Source: a virus
IMG/VR virus record: IMGVR_UViG_3300017917_003893
Span: 32,001 to 96,000 of that record
Strand: one strand, 5' to 3'
DNA length: 64,000 nucleotides
The notes below the pieces were generated by a model. That model searched no databases. It was not told the origin of the DNA and worked only from the letters and a program-made list of their open reading frames with translations. The position numbers were made by a program, and so were the translations under genes. Positions 47,982-57,577 of this stretch are shown piece after piece. Within the stretch, counting starts at the first letter, position 1, and each line of letters opens with the position of its first letter.

Positions 47982-50900
47982 TGATTGAATCTACTTTTTT
48001 AAGTTTATCTGAAATAATATTAAATTTCAAATTCTCTATTATTTCAAAATCTTGAATATCTCTGTTGTCAATTAAACCATCTCTACTTTCAAACTCATTC
48101 ATATCAAGTCTTTTTACTTCATAGAAACAAGGTTTTTCATATCTCATTGATATTGATGTGTTTGCGTATTCTCTGTCAATATATTCACACCTTTCAGCAT
48201 CTACCCATTTAACACCTTTCAATAAACTAAAAGATCTATACTCATCATAATATGAATCTGTGTTTATATACATTTCATTATCTTGTGTTATAAAAAGAGT
48301 TTCTCCGCTAAACCAAAGGGAAAACTTATCATCTCTATTAGAGATATCAAATTCTTTAATCATATCTGATAGATTTTTCCTGTTTGCTATAAAATCCGCA
48401 TCCCATTTTATAATTGTTGATTTTGTTGCTTTGCTTAAACAGAAATTATAATAACTTGATAAGCTGTTTCCTACTATCTTAATGTTTTTTGTATAATTTG
48501 GACCAGCTTTCGGTACCTCCTTGGTGTATTTGAATACCTTTATGTTTTCGTATTTTTTACTTAGTTCAAATGCTATTTCATATGTTTTATCTGTTGATAA
48601 ATGATCTACAAATATTACCTCATCGGCTATGTCAACTATAGATGTTAGACATTGTTCTACATTTTTTTCTTCATTTCTTGCTCTTATTATAAAGCTAGTT
48701 CCTTTTTTATAACCACCATATAAGTAATCAAGATAGTATTTACATTTCTCGTAACTTCTGTTGTATTTTATCTGGTCTTTTATTTTGTTTTTATCTAAAA
48801 CACCAATTTTGTAAAGTTTTTTTATTTCATTAACAAATATTATAATTTCGCCATCTCTGAATCTATTAAAAATGCAGTTATCTTTATCATTTATGTCAAA
48901 TGATTTTCTTTGATTTATGTTTACAACAGAACCATAATTATTTAAAACCATTGGTATTTCACCATGTGATGGATAAACACAATGAACTCCACAAGTCATT
49001 TGTTCAAGAAGTGATATTGGTAAGCCTTCACTGGGTGATGTGTTTAGTGATATACTAAAAGTAGATATGTATTTGTAAACATCACTGTTATTAACATAAC
49101 CTGTTATTATAACTTTATCTTCTAAGCCTAAATCTTTAATATAATCTAAAACTTCTTTTTTATAAGGTAGTGCTTCCGTTGTTTTTGGTGCATCACCTAC
49201 AATTAAGAGTTTGGCATTTTCAATATTTAATTCACTTAGTATTCTTATTGAATCAAGTATATTTTTATCAGGTGATATTCTGGTCACCATTCCTATTACA
49301 AAATCATCGTCTTTTATTCCAATTTTATTTTTGATTTCAGTATTGTCAAAATTTTGTATGCTGTTATCTATTGATTTATAATCTATAAAATTAGGAATAG
49401 TTATTATTCTTGTATTGCAAACTCCTTTTTTATTAAACTCATCTCTTATTTTGTCATGTATCACTACATACTTGTCTGTTATCTCGTCATATTCAAATAT
49501 AGAGTTAACTACCCATTCTATATCAGAATGGGCAATTGTGTAGTATTTAAAGTCTCTTAGTTCTTTGAGAGTTTTTATGTGTGGCGTTATTCCGAAATAG
49601 TTACAATTGTAAACTATTTCACAGTCATTTGATAGATTGTATAGTATGTCTATTAGTATATTGATATCAATATCATATAGCTTTGAATAATACAAATCAA
49701 CATCAAGATCTTTTATTTTATTAAAAAACATTCCTTTGTCTGCTGATAGTACAACCGGATGATATCCAAGTTCTTTACAAGCTTTTATATGTTGATAGGA
49801 TACATATTCGGCACCACCTATGTCATTTAGATACATTAAAAATAGTATCTTCTTGCCACCTTTATTTGATGATATATTAATAACCTCAAAGTGATTTGAA
49901 TTCTCATCTAAAGGCTTATTATATTTATTTATTTCATTAGATTTTTTTTCACCTTGTAAAAGAATATCTACAAACTTCTCAGTTTTTCTTCCTGTCCAGT
50001 TTTGATTAGTTGGTCCTAAGTGAACAACATAAGTGTCTAATTCTTTTTTAGATTTAAACATGTCTCTAAACTCTAAGTCACTAAAACTAGCATCATTATA
50101 ATTTTCAGGAAAAATATTTCTTTTGTTAAAGTTTCTAATATTAAATAGATGAAAAAAACCATAACCCTTAGCCCTTTCCATATTACCAACGTTTTCACCA
50201 TTTTTCCACTTTAAAAAATCATCATGATTATCTACAACAAGTCTTTTTGAAATAAAAAGATCTTTATATGTTAGATTTGTCGAATTTACTACATCTAAAA
50301 AATCATCTTTTAAATAAATATCAGCATCTAAAAGTAGTATCCAATCTGGATTTTGAATCGTTTTTATTCCATCATTTATGGCTTTACCTTTGTTAAATAC
50401 AGCTCCGTTTTCGTAAATTCTACTAGATATTACACAATTTACTCCAAATGATTCACAAATTTTTTGACACTCAGTATCTTTTTCGGTTGTTACTACAGTA
50501 ACTTTTATTTCTTTAGGTATATTACTCAGAGTTATAGGTAGTATATCATTATAGTCTACCGAAACCATAATAATATCTATTTTTGGTATTTTTTTATCTT
50601 CTTTTTTCTTAGATAGATAATTGCTAATTCTCTCTTTGTTTTTTAAGGATATCTTTGGTCTATTAATTACCATTTGTGTGTTATCCTCTTTAGTCCAAAT
50701 ATTTTTTTTATTAACTATTATTTTATTATTTGTTTCAAATGATTCAAAAATAGAATTAACATCTTGATTGTTATTAAATTGGTAGTTTCTATTAAATATG
50801 TAATAGTCTTCAGATTTTATAACACTTTTAAAATTTTTGTCAATGTGTATTAGACTATTGTTAAATATTGCAAATGGGTTGGCAAATATGAAAACTTCAT

Positions 50901-51123
50901 CATTATAAATTCTTTTACAGTATTCAATTATTTCTTTATCTGTGTAGCCATTTTTAACAACTAAATTAACTTTATTGTTTTTTGGTAATACAATATTTGT
51001 ATTATTATAAAAAACAACTATGTTGCTAATAAATCCAACGTCAGAGTTTTTCAGTAAGCATTCCATTAAATCTTTTTGAAATGCTTCGTTTAATAGCGGT
51101 GTTAATTTATTTATTAGAATCAT
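47974..51123 (-). CDS. Multidomain glycosyltransferase (GT-A, GT-B/GT4, GT-A)
   Basis: FNKGKAIN..LLLDAD; GGAE..PDKNI..SEGLPISLLE; ARNEE..DHLSTD..WDAD. Confidence 0.85.
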   Translation of the reverse strand: MILINKLTPLLNEAFQKDLMECLLKNSDVGFISNIVVFYNNTNIVLPKNNKVNLVVKNGYTDKEIIEYCKRIYNDEVFIFANPFAIFNNSLIHIDKNFKSVIKSEDYYIFNRNYQFNNNQDVNSIFESFETNNKIIVNKKNIWTKEDNTQMVINRPKISLKNKERISNYLSKKKEDKKIPKIDIIMVSVDYNDILPITLSNIPKEIKVTVVTTEKDTECQKICESFGVNCVISSRIYENGAVFNKGKAINDGIKTIQNPDWILLLDADIYLKDDFLDVVNSTNLTYKDLFISKRLVVDNHDDFLKWKNGENVGNMERAKGYGFFHLFNIRNFNKRNIFPENYNDASFSDLEFRDMFKSKKELDTYVVHLGPTNQNWTGRKTEKFVDILLQGEKKSNEINKYNKPLDENSNHFEVINISSNKGGKKILFLMYLNDIGGAEYVSYQHIKACKELGYHPVVLSADKGMFFNKIKDLDVDLYYSKLYDIDINILIDILYNLSNDCEIVYNCNYFGITPHIKTLKELRDFKYYTIAHSDIEWVVNSIFEYDEITDKYVVIHDKIRDEFNKKGVCNTRIITIPNFIDYKSIDNSIQNFDNTEIKNKIGIKDDDFVIGMVTRISPDKNILDSIRILSELNIENAKLLIVGDAPKTTEALPYKKEVLDYIKDLGLEDKVIITGYVNNSDVYKYISTFSISLNTSPSEGLPISLLEQMTCGVHCVYPSHGEIPMVLNNYGSVVNINQRKSFDINDKDNCIFNRFRDGEIIIFVNEIKKLYKIGVLDKNKIKDQIKYNRSYEKCKYYLDYLYGGYKKGTSFIIRARNEEKNVEQCLTSIVDIADEVIFVDHLSTDKTYEIAFELSKKYENIKVFKYTKEVPKAGPNYTKNIKIVGNSLSSYYNFCLSKATKSTIIKWDADFIANRKNLSDMIKEFDISNRDDKFSLWFSGETLFITQDNEMYINTDSYYDEYRSFSLLKGVKWVDAERCEYIDREYANTSISMRYEKPCFYEVKRLDMNEFESRDGLIDNRDIQDFEIIENLKFNIISDKLKKVDSIND

Positions 51124-51160
51124 AGTTTATATATAAAGAAACTTTGTTTTTGTCACAAAA

Positions 51161-51562
51161 ATGAGAAAAAAGATAGGAAGAACTGAAATTATATCATTAC
51201 CTGATTTTGGAATATTCGGGTTATCAGCAAAAGTTGACACCGGGGCCTATGGTGTAGCTTTACATGTTGATACTATAAAAATAGATAATGATAAGCTTTA
51301 CTTTACTATTGATAATAAAGAGTTTATATATGACAAGTTTAAAATGGTGTCCGTTAAAAGTTCTTTTGGTAAAGTTCAAAAAAGATTTTCTATTATGACT
51401 AAAATATTAATCGGTGACAAGATATATAAATTTTATGTATCTTTGACCAATAGAAAGAACATGAGATATCCTATTCTAATAGGTAGAAGATTTTTGTATA
51501 AATTTGACTATTTAGTAGATGTTAAGAAAAAGAATATAAATGATACAGTTAAAAAGATGTAA
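51161..51562 (+). CDS. Retropepsin-like aspartic protease (RimK-associated family)
   Basis: IGRTE, AKVDTGA, LTNRKNMRYPILIGRRFL. Confidence 0.85.
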   Translation: MRKKIGRTEIISLPDFGIFGLSAKVDTGAYGVALHVDTIKIDNDKLYFTIDNKEFIYDKFKMVSVKSSFGKVQKRFSIMTKILIGDKIYKFYVSLTNRKNMRYPILIGRRFLYKFDYLVDVKKKNINDTVKKM

Positions 51563-52079
51563 TTATATTACGGGTGATCCAAATGAATTAGGATTTGCTG
51601 TTTCTGATATCGTTAAGTTTCTTGAAACTGATGGTAGAAATGCTCTATTGTTTACTCCACCAAGAGCTACAACTGAAGATAAAAAAGGAGTTTCTACATC
51701 TATAAAATATATTTTTAGTAATCAATTCACTTTTGATAATTTTAATCAGTTTTCAGAGATAATTGCCAATAGGTCTAATTTATTTAGAGTTGATTTATTA
51801 GTCTTTGATTTTTATCACCTTTCTCCTTGGCAAATTTCTGATTATAAGAAATTAATAGATGAATTAAATATAGACCATATTATAATAGCCAAAGAATATC
51901 ATTACAAAACTTCTGATGATGTTAATGATTTTCGTGTTAGAAGAGAATACAAAGACCTAAATAAAAGTGAAACTCACATAACTGATAATATAAATAAGTG
52001 GACTTCTACACTTAAATCTTTATCTGTATCTTATATAAGAGATAAAAAAATCGACAATATATTTGGTAGTGATGAATAG
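51540..52079 (+). CDS. Hypothetical, possibly degenerate P-loop fold, ending RDKKIDNIF
   Basis: NYITGD start, VDLLVFD Walker-B-like strand, no intact Walker A. Confidence 0.5.
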   Translation: MIQLKRCNYITGDPNELGFAVSDIVKFLETDGRNALLFTPPRATTEDKKGVSTSIKYIFSNQFTFDNFNQFSEIIANRSNLFRVDLLVFDFYHLSPWQISDYKKLIDELNIDHIIIAKEYHYKTSDDVNDFRVRREYKDLNKSETHITDNINKWTSTLKSLSVSYIRDKKIDNIFGSDE

Positions 52080-52093
52080 TATTACTATATTTG
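52062..52093 (+). promoter_or_regulatory. Bacteroidota-type promoter
   Basis: TTTG 52062-52065, 20 nt spacer, TATATTTG 52086-52093. Confidence 0.7.
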
Positions 52094-52121
52094 CTTCATT
52101 AGCAATATAATATAAATATTA

Positions 52122-53222
52122 ATGAGAATTAGAAGAAAGTTTCTACAACTTACACGGTATACATATCCTTATGGTACCGAATCATTCCTTAAATCATACT
52201 TACCTGAAGGTATTAAAAAAGACCAATATGGTAACTATTACTATGTTATTGGTGATAAACCAACAACAATGTTTACCTGTCACTTAGATACGGCTTGTGG
52301 TAAACAAGATAAGGTTAAACACGTTATTAATAATAACATAATTAAGACAGATGGTAAAACTATACTTGGTGCTGATGATAAGGCAGGTATGGTTGTTTTG
52401 CTTTATATGATTGAAAATAAAATACCTGGACTATATTATTTCTTTATTGGTGAAGAAGTTGGTTGTATAGGTTCTGGTAATTTATCATCTACTTGGGCTG
52501 ATACTGAATTTAGTTATTATGTATCAAAAGTTGTTTCATTTGACAGAAGAAGTACTTGTTCTGTTATCACTCATCAATGGTATGGTCGTTGTTGCTCTAA
52601 TGAATTTGCTGAAGAATTGTCAAGTAGACTAAATGGTGCTGGTTTTAATCTTAAATTAAAGCCAGATGATACTGGTGTTCTAACAGATTCTGCTCAATTT
52701 ATGGATATTGTTCCAGAGTGTACAAATATATCAGTTGGTTACAATTATGAACACACAACATCTGAATATCAAGATATTGATTATTTAAGTAGACTATGTA
52801 AGTCAGTGTGTTTAATTGACTGGGAAACACTTCCTGTTGAAAGAGATCCCTATGAAGAATCTATTTTTAGTGATTCACCAGGTTGGGATGATGATATTAA
52901 TCACTCAAATGATTCTGAATTTGTAGAAGATTTCTATTCTTATTTTTCAGTAGATGGTGAGACTAAAAAGATGTATATTTCCAAGGATGTGATTACTAAA
53001 GAAATTGAATTAATTACTGATTGGCTCAAATCACAAGATGGATATAGTGATGTTTCAACTATTAACTGGAATGGAAATACTCTTTATGTCGATAGTGAGT
53101 CCGGTGGTTATAATTTTATAGGTAGTCGAACTGATATTATGGAGTTTATTACTGAATTATGTTCAGTTTCCAATTCAAAAGTAACTGATAAAATTAAGAC
53201 CAAGAAGAATATGGTTTTTTAA
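52122..53222 (+). CDS. M28/M20-family metallopeptidase, paralogue of 35127
   Basis: CHLDT, GADDKAG, GEEVG, SFDRR, LTDS, YEHT. Confidence 0.85.
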   Translation: MRIRRKFLQLTRYTYPYGTESFLKSYLPEGIKKDQYGNYYYVIGDKPTTMFTCHLDTACGKQDKVKHVINNNIIKTDGKTILGADDKAGMVVLLYMIENKIPGLYYFFIGEEVGCIGSGNLSSTWADTEFSYYVSKVVSFDRRSTCSVITHQWYGRCCSNEFAEELSSRLNGAGFNLKLKPDDTGVLTDSAQFMDIVPECTNISVGYNYEHTTSEYQDIDYLSRLCKSVCLIDWETLPVERDPYEESIFSDSPGWDDDINHSNDSEFVEDFYSYFSVDGETKKMYISKDVITKEIELITDWLKSQDGYSDVSTINWNGNTLYVDSESGGYNFIGSRTDIMEFITELCSVSNSKVTDKIKTKKNMVF

Positions 53223-53383
53223 GACAATCTTGGTTTTTTATATGAGTCCTGAGAAACTATCTCTAGCATTTGTCTAGTTGATAGTTCTTTTGGATTCCAT
53301 CCTTTTTTTCTTGAATATTGATGGATGAATTTTTCTCTAAGCAGAGAAACTTCTTCTTTTGTGAGTCTTATTTTATTGTTCAT
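53219..53383 (-). CDS. Small hypothetical protein, 54 aa, not in ORF track
   Basis: MNNKIRLTKEE...KKPRLS; ATGA overlap with upstream ORF. Confidence 0.6.
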   Translation of the reverse strand: MNNKIRLTKEEVSLLREKFIHQYSRKKGWNPKELSTRQMLEIVSQDSYKKPRLS

Positions 53384-53808
53384 AGTATAAATAAATAGAT
53401 AAATATTTGAAGTAGTAAACCAACTGACATTCCAATTGTTCTTCTTTTATATGTAGTTAATAGAGAAAATGGTGGAAATGTTTTTGATTCATCTGACCAT
53501 CTTTTAGGATATAAGTTACTATCAAGTTTATTTCTTGTGTAGTAATAAGTTCCATTGTGAAAGAAAGGAAACATTATAACCATACAAAACAAACTTAAAA
53601 GTGAGTAGGTCCCTAATGTGTAAAAAAGAAATCCGCTGGTTAGCAGTAAAACAAGTAATCTTTGTAAATTAAATATTCTATTTAAGTTAAAATCACAAAC
53701 TCTTTTACTTTTATTTTCATAGTTCCAGTAAAAACCTTCTCTAATACCTTCAGTTAGTGAGTATCCTATCCAGATAATATTTGTTATTAATAATGTTAAT
53801 AGAATCAT
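53380..53808 (-). CDS. Hypothetical membrane protein
   Basis: Three to four hydrophobic segments. Confidence 0.6.
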   Translation of the reverse strand: MILLTLLITNIIWIGYSLTEGIREGFYWNYENKSKRVCDFNLNRIFNLQRLLVLLLTSGFLFYTLGTYSLLSLFCMVIMFPFFHNGTYYYTRNKLDSNLYPKRWSDESKTFPPFSLLTTYKRRTIGMSVGLLLQIFIYLFIL

Positions 53809-53823
53809 TGTTTTTCGCTATTT

Positions 53824-53855
53824 TTTGTATATATTAATTTTTTATAGTATCTTTG
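53824..53855 (+). promoter_or_regulatory. Bacteroidota-type promoter
   Basis: TTTG 53824-53827, 20 nt spacer, TATCTTTG 53848-53855. Confidence 0.7.
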
Positions 53856-53859
53856 TTCT

Positions 53860-54333
53860 ATGTTAGAAATGAAAGGTATATTAGAATTTGACCCAGTTAA
53901 CGTAACTAGGAAGCACTTAGCACAGTCTTCTTGGAAGAGAACTGCTATGGTTCGTTTTGATTGTGACCTTTGGGCATACTACGCTTGGTTTATTGAAAGA
54001 CGATTCAACTTAAAGTTAAATAAACCTTTAAGAGGAACTCACTTGACTGTCATCAATGATAGATTTGAAAGTGATGAGCTTTACGCACAAGCCCGTCAAT
54101 TATTTCACGGTAAAGAAATTACTGTAAAATATGATCCTACTCTTATTCGTGCTAATAATAAAGGTCACTGGTGGATAAATGCGGATAGTGATGATGCTAG
54201 AAATATCAGAAGTGTTATTGGATTAGATCCTAATCCTTACTTTGGCTACCACATCACTATTGGTTTGGCTACTCACTTACAATTAGAACACTCTAAATAC
54301 ATCTTAGACCAATGTATAAGATTCAATCTTTAA
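53860..54333 (+). CDS. 2H phosphoesterase family protein
   Basis: Two HxT motifs: GTHLTV and YHITI. Confidence 0.7.
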   Translation: MLEMKGILEFDPVNVTRKHLAQSSWKRTAMVRFDCDLWAYYAWFIERRFNLKLNKPLRGTHLTVINDRFESDELYAQARQLFHGKEITVKYDPTLIRANNKGHWWINADSDDARNIRSVIGLDPNPYFGYHITIGLATHLQLEHSKYILDQCIRFNL

Positions 54334-54803
54334 TAGACCATATTGAGAAAGTATATGGATTTGAAATTGTCCCTTGTTCAATACCAAGGGGCAATTTTCA
54401 ATATTTTAAAAGATATATCTACCTATTTATACTTCATAAAGTAAGTGAAAAGTTATTTTACTTTTTAAGAGATAAAGTCTCACCTATTAAATATTTAGAT
54501 GAAAGACCGGATAAAGAACTTTGGTTTCGTAAAAGAAACTCAGAGGGTAGAGTATCTATTGAAGTTGAAATAAGACCAGTTCCTGTTGAAGCTTGTATTT
54601 ATTTAAGTCATGATTCTGGTTTATTTAAGACTATGGATGAAAACTATAAAGTTAAAATATATTGTCAACTTAGTGATGTTGAACATATATCATTTCCATT
54701 AAATCACATCAACGGTAATGAACAGATTGATTATTACTTTTCTAAAATTAATGAACTTAAAGAAGAGTTGAGAAATTATAAATTAAATAATATTTTAAAG
54801 TGA
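54312..54803 (+). CDS. Hypothetical protein ending RNYKLNNILK
   Basis: 163 aa ORF. Confidence 0.55.
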   Translation: MYKIQSLIDHIEKVYGFEIVPCSIPRGNFQYFKRYIYLFILHKVSEKLFYFLRDKVSPIKYLDERPDKELWFRKRNSEGRVSIEVEIRPVPVEACIYLSHDSGLFKTMDENYKVKIYCQLSDVEHISFPLNHINGNEQIDYYFSKINELKEELRNYKLNNILK

Positions 54804-54986
54804 TTTATTTTTCTTAAACTTAAATAGTTTAAATTTTCTTCTTTTCTTCTTCTTTTCTTCTTTCTTTGTAACTGATTTACTATAAAGACTGTCTATACTT
54901 GAGGTTATTTTTTTATCTATAACAATGTTTTCTTTTTCACATGAAGTAAGCAATAAAGTAAGTAGTATTATTATAAAAAATCTCAT
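54795..54986 (-). CDS. Small putative lipoprotein with basic tail
   Basis: Hydrophobic leader and LTSC lipobox. Confidence 0.55.
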   Translation of the reverse strand: MRFFIIILLTLLLTSCEKENIVIDKKITSSIDSLYSKSVTKKEEKKKKRRKFKLFKFKKNKSL

Positions 54987-55054
54987 AATTCTTATATTTA
55001 ATTTAGTGGTAAAGGTTCTTAAACTAGATTATATATTAGACATATAATGATTAT

Positions 55055-55405
55055 ATGGATGATTTTTTTGATAGCTTTAAGGGTAAACCTAAATACGACC
55101 ATAAAGTGAGAGTAGTTCACTTTAAAAAAGAACCATATGACATTTACATTGGTCGTCTTCCGAATGGAAAATATAATAAGTGGGCTTATCCAAAAGAGTT
55201 AAGAGAAAGTTTTCCAGAAGGCACACCAAGAAAAGTTATTGTTGATGCTTATGAAGAATATCTTACTAATAATGAAGAATTGATGAATTCACTTTGTGAG
55301 TTAAAAGATAAAGTTCTTGGTTGTTGGTGTAAAAATCTAGGTGGTGGTGGAAAGTCATGTCACGGTGATATTTTAGTTAAGTGGGTTAAGAAAACTTGTA
55401 ATTAA
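55055..55405 (+). CDS. DUF4326 family protein
   Basis: VVH..YDIYIGR...LKDKVLGCWC...CHGDIL. Confidence 0.85.
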   Translation: MDDFFDSFKGKPKYDHKVRVVHFKKEPYDIYIGRLPNGKYNKWAYPKELRESFPEGTPRKVIVDAYEEYLTNNEELMNSLCELKDKVLGCWCKNLGGGGKSCHGDILVKWVKKTCN

Positions 55406-55435
55406 TTTTTTATATAACCTACATAATTTAATAAT

Positions 55436-56221
55436 ATGCCAGAACTTGCAGAAATAAAAATAATGTCAGATTACATCAACGAAAATTGTAAAAATAAAAC
55501 TTTTACAAAAGCATATCACGTTGAAAAAGGCAACAATCCTGTTGACTTTAATTTAATTGAAAACTTTAATGTTGAAGCCGAATCCAACGGTAAAGAACTC
55601 ATAGTCAAAATGTATCATGATGATACATGTATTAATCTATCAGTTTTTATGGGTATGTCTGGTAATTGGTTATTTACTCCAACTGAAACTTGGTCAGAAA
55701 GAAAATTCACAAGATTTAGATTAGATACAACTGATGGCAATTCACTACTTCTTTATGGTCTTTATATGGGTCCTAAATATAGAGTAGGTGGATTTACAGG
55801 AGTTAAAAGAGGCGTAGATCCTACAAAAGATTTTGAAGCATTTAAGAATACTGTTTTAGATAATCTAGATAAGAAGATATTTGATAAACCTATCTGTGAG
55901 GCACTATTAGACCAAAAGTATTTTAATGGAATTGGCAACTATCTTAGAAGTACTATTCTTTATTATTTAGATGTTAATCCATTTGAAACCGCTAGAACAG
56001 TCATTAAATCAAATACACAAGTTTTAGATATGTGTAGAGATATTCCTATGAAAGCATATGAACTAAACGGTGGTCAACTACAAGACTGGAAAAATCCATT
56101 TGATACTGATTATGAAGAATTTCAAAAATGGGTTTTTTATCAAAAAGGAATTTCTTGTAAAGATAAAACAGGTAGAACCTTTTGGTATAATGAAAAATGG
56201 AAAGAATATTGTCCTTACTAA
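55436..56221 (+). CDS. nei: Fpg/Nei DNA glycosylase, NEIL1-like (zincless)
   Basis: MPE start, GKEL, GMSG, H2TH ICEALLDQKYFNGIGNYLR, GRTFWY. Confidence 0.88.
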   Translation: MPELAEIKIMSDYINENCKNKTFTKAYHVEKGNNPVDFNLIENFNVEAESNGKELIVKMYHDDTCINLSVFMGMSGNWLFTPTETWSERKFTRFRLDTTDGNSLLLYGLYMGPKYRVGGFTGVKRGVDPTKDFEAFKNTVLDNLDKKIFDKPICEALLDQKYFNGIGNYLRSTILYYLDVNPFETARTVIKSNTQVLDMCRDIPMKAYELNGGQLQDWKNPFDTDYEEFQKWVFYQKGISCKDKTGRTFWYNEKWKEYCPY

Positions 56222-56251
56222 ACCATATTTAATTTATTTATATAATGTATA

Positions 56252-56734
56252 GTGTTTGATTTAAATTTTAATACTATACATGGTGATGATAAAACTGGTA
56301 GAACTAGATTTCTACTAGAGTTATCGTCTATTTTAAAATCATATGGTTTTAAAATATTCTTTTTAGGATGTACAAGTGAATTTGAAAACGCAAAAAGAAG
56401 TGGTGATTTATCTTCTTTTGATGACTTTAGAATAATATCAACAAGTGATGATTTTAATAATCTAAAAATAATTGAAGTTATAAATGAAATAACTGATACA
56501 AAAAGTTATGATTATCTAATAGTAGATGATATTGATTATTTATCAGATAACTGTATAAATTCAATAATTAAAACAAAAGTTAAAAAAGTTATTACTTGTT
56601 TAAGTGATAATAAAAAAAGATTACCAGAAAGTTCAACATTTTATAATATCACTGATATTAAAGATATGACTAAGATTAATGATTATATTAAAACTTTAGT
56701 CAGAGACCAAAAAATTAATTCTATACTTAAATGA
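56252..56734 (+). CDS. Degenerate P-loop ATPase-like protein ending RDQKINSILK
   Basis: GDDKTGRT Walker-A variant; YLIVDDID. Confidence 0.55.
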   Translation: MFDLNFNTIHGDDKTGRTRFLLELSSILKSYGFKIFFLGCTSEFENAKRSGDLSSFDDFRIISTSDDFNNLKIIEVINEITDTKSYDYLIVDDIDYLSDNCINSIIKTKVKKVITCLSDNKKRLPESSTFYNITDIKDMTKINDYIKTLVRDQKINSILK

Positions 56735-57564
56735 TAAAAGCAGACAAGTACTATATAGACAATCTAAAAAGAATAGTCTATGGTGACGGAACTTGGGATG
56801 AAAATCCTAGACCAAAATATGCAGATGGTCAACCGGGTCACAGTAAATTTATAACTCAAATTTTTGAAGAGTATGATATCTCAAAAGGTGAGTTTCCAAT
56901 TACGACATTAAGAAATACAGCAATAAAAACAGGTATCAAAGAAGTTCTTTGGATTTATCAAAGACAATCTAACTCACTATCTGTGGCTCGTGAAATGGGT
57001 ATTAATTGGTGGGATGAATGGAATGTTGGTGATGATACAATTGGTCAAAGATATGGAGCCACTATTAAAAGATATGACTTAATTGATAAGTTACTTCATA
57101 ACCTAAAGTATGATCCATTTGGTAGAAGACATATTATGAATATGTATCAATATGCTGACTTAGAAGAGACTAATGGTTTATTTCCTTGTGCCTTTGAGAC
57201 TATGTGGTCTGTTAGAAGAGTAGATGATGATTTTTATTTAGACTTGACACTTAATCAAAGAAGTAATGATTACATCATGGCTGGTTATATAAACAAAGTT
57301 CAATATGTGGCTTTACAAATGATGATAGCTTCTCATTTAGAGTATAAAGTAGGTAAGTTTTGTCATTTTGTTCAGAACCTTCATGTTTATGATAGACATT
57401 TTGATGCTGCATCTGAATTATTGAATAGAATGCCATTAGATAAACAACCAAGGATTGAGTTGGTATCTAATAAATCTTTCTATGAATTTACAGTAGATGA
57501 TTTCAGAATTATTGATACTGATGGAATTAAGAAAATAGAAAGTAAGCTAGAGATAGCTATATAA
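56731..57564 (+). CDS. thyA: Thymidylate synthase
   Basis: FPITTLR, WDEW, LFPCAF, NQRSND, QNLHVYDRH. Confidence 0.93.
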   Translation: MIKADKYYIDNLKRIVYGDGTWDENPRPKYADGQPGHSKFITQIFEEYDISKGEFPITTLRNTAIKTGIKEVLWIYQRQSNSLSVAREMGINWWDEWNVGDDTIGQRYGATIKRYDLIDKLLHNLKYDPFGRRHIMNMYQYADLEETNGLFPCAFETMWSVRRVDDDFYLDLTLNQRSNDYIMAGYINKVQYVALQMMIASHLEYKVGKFCHFVQNLHVYDRHFDAASELLNRMPLDKQPRIELVSNKSFYEFTVDDFRIIDTDGIKKIESKLEIAI

Positions 57565-57577
57565 AATAATTATTGAT

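Noticed and set aside
22388-51123. Bacterial chromosome or prophage context suggested by glnII, rnr, tagD, licD
   Set aside because: These genes are interleaved with virion genes and share phage promoter motifs; no integrase or host boundary seen.
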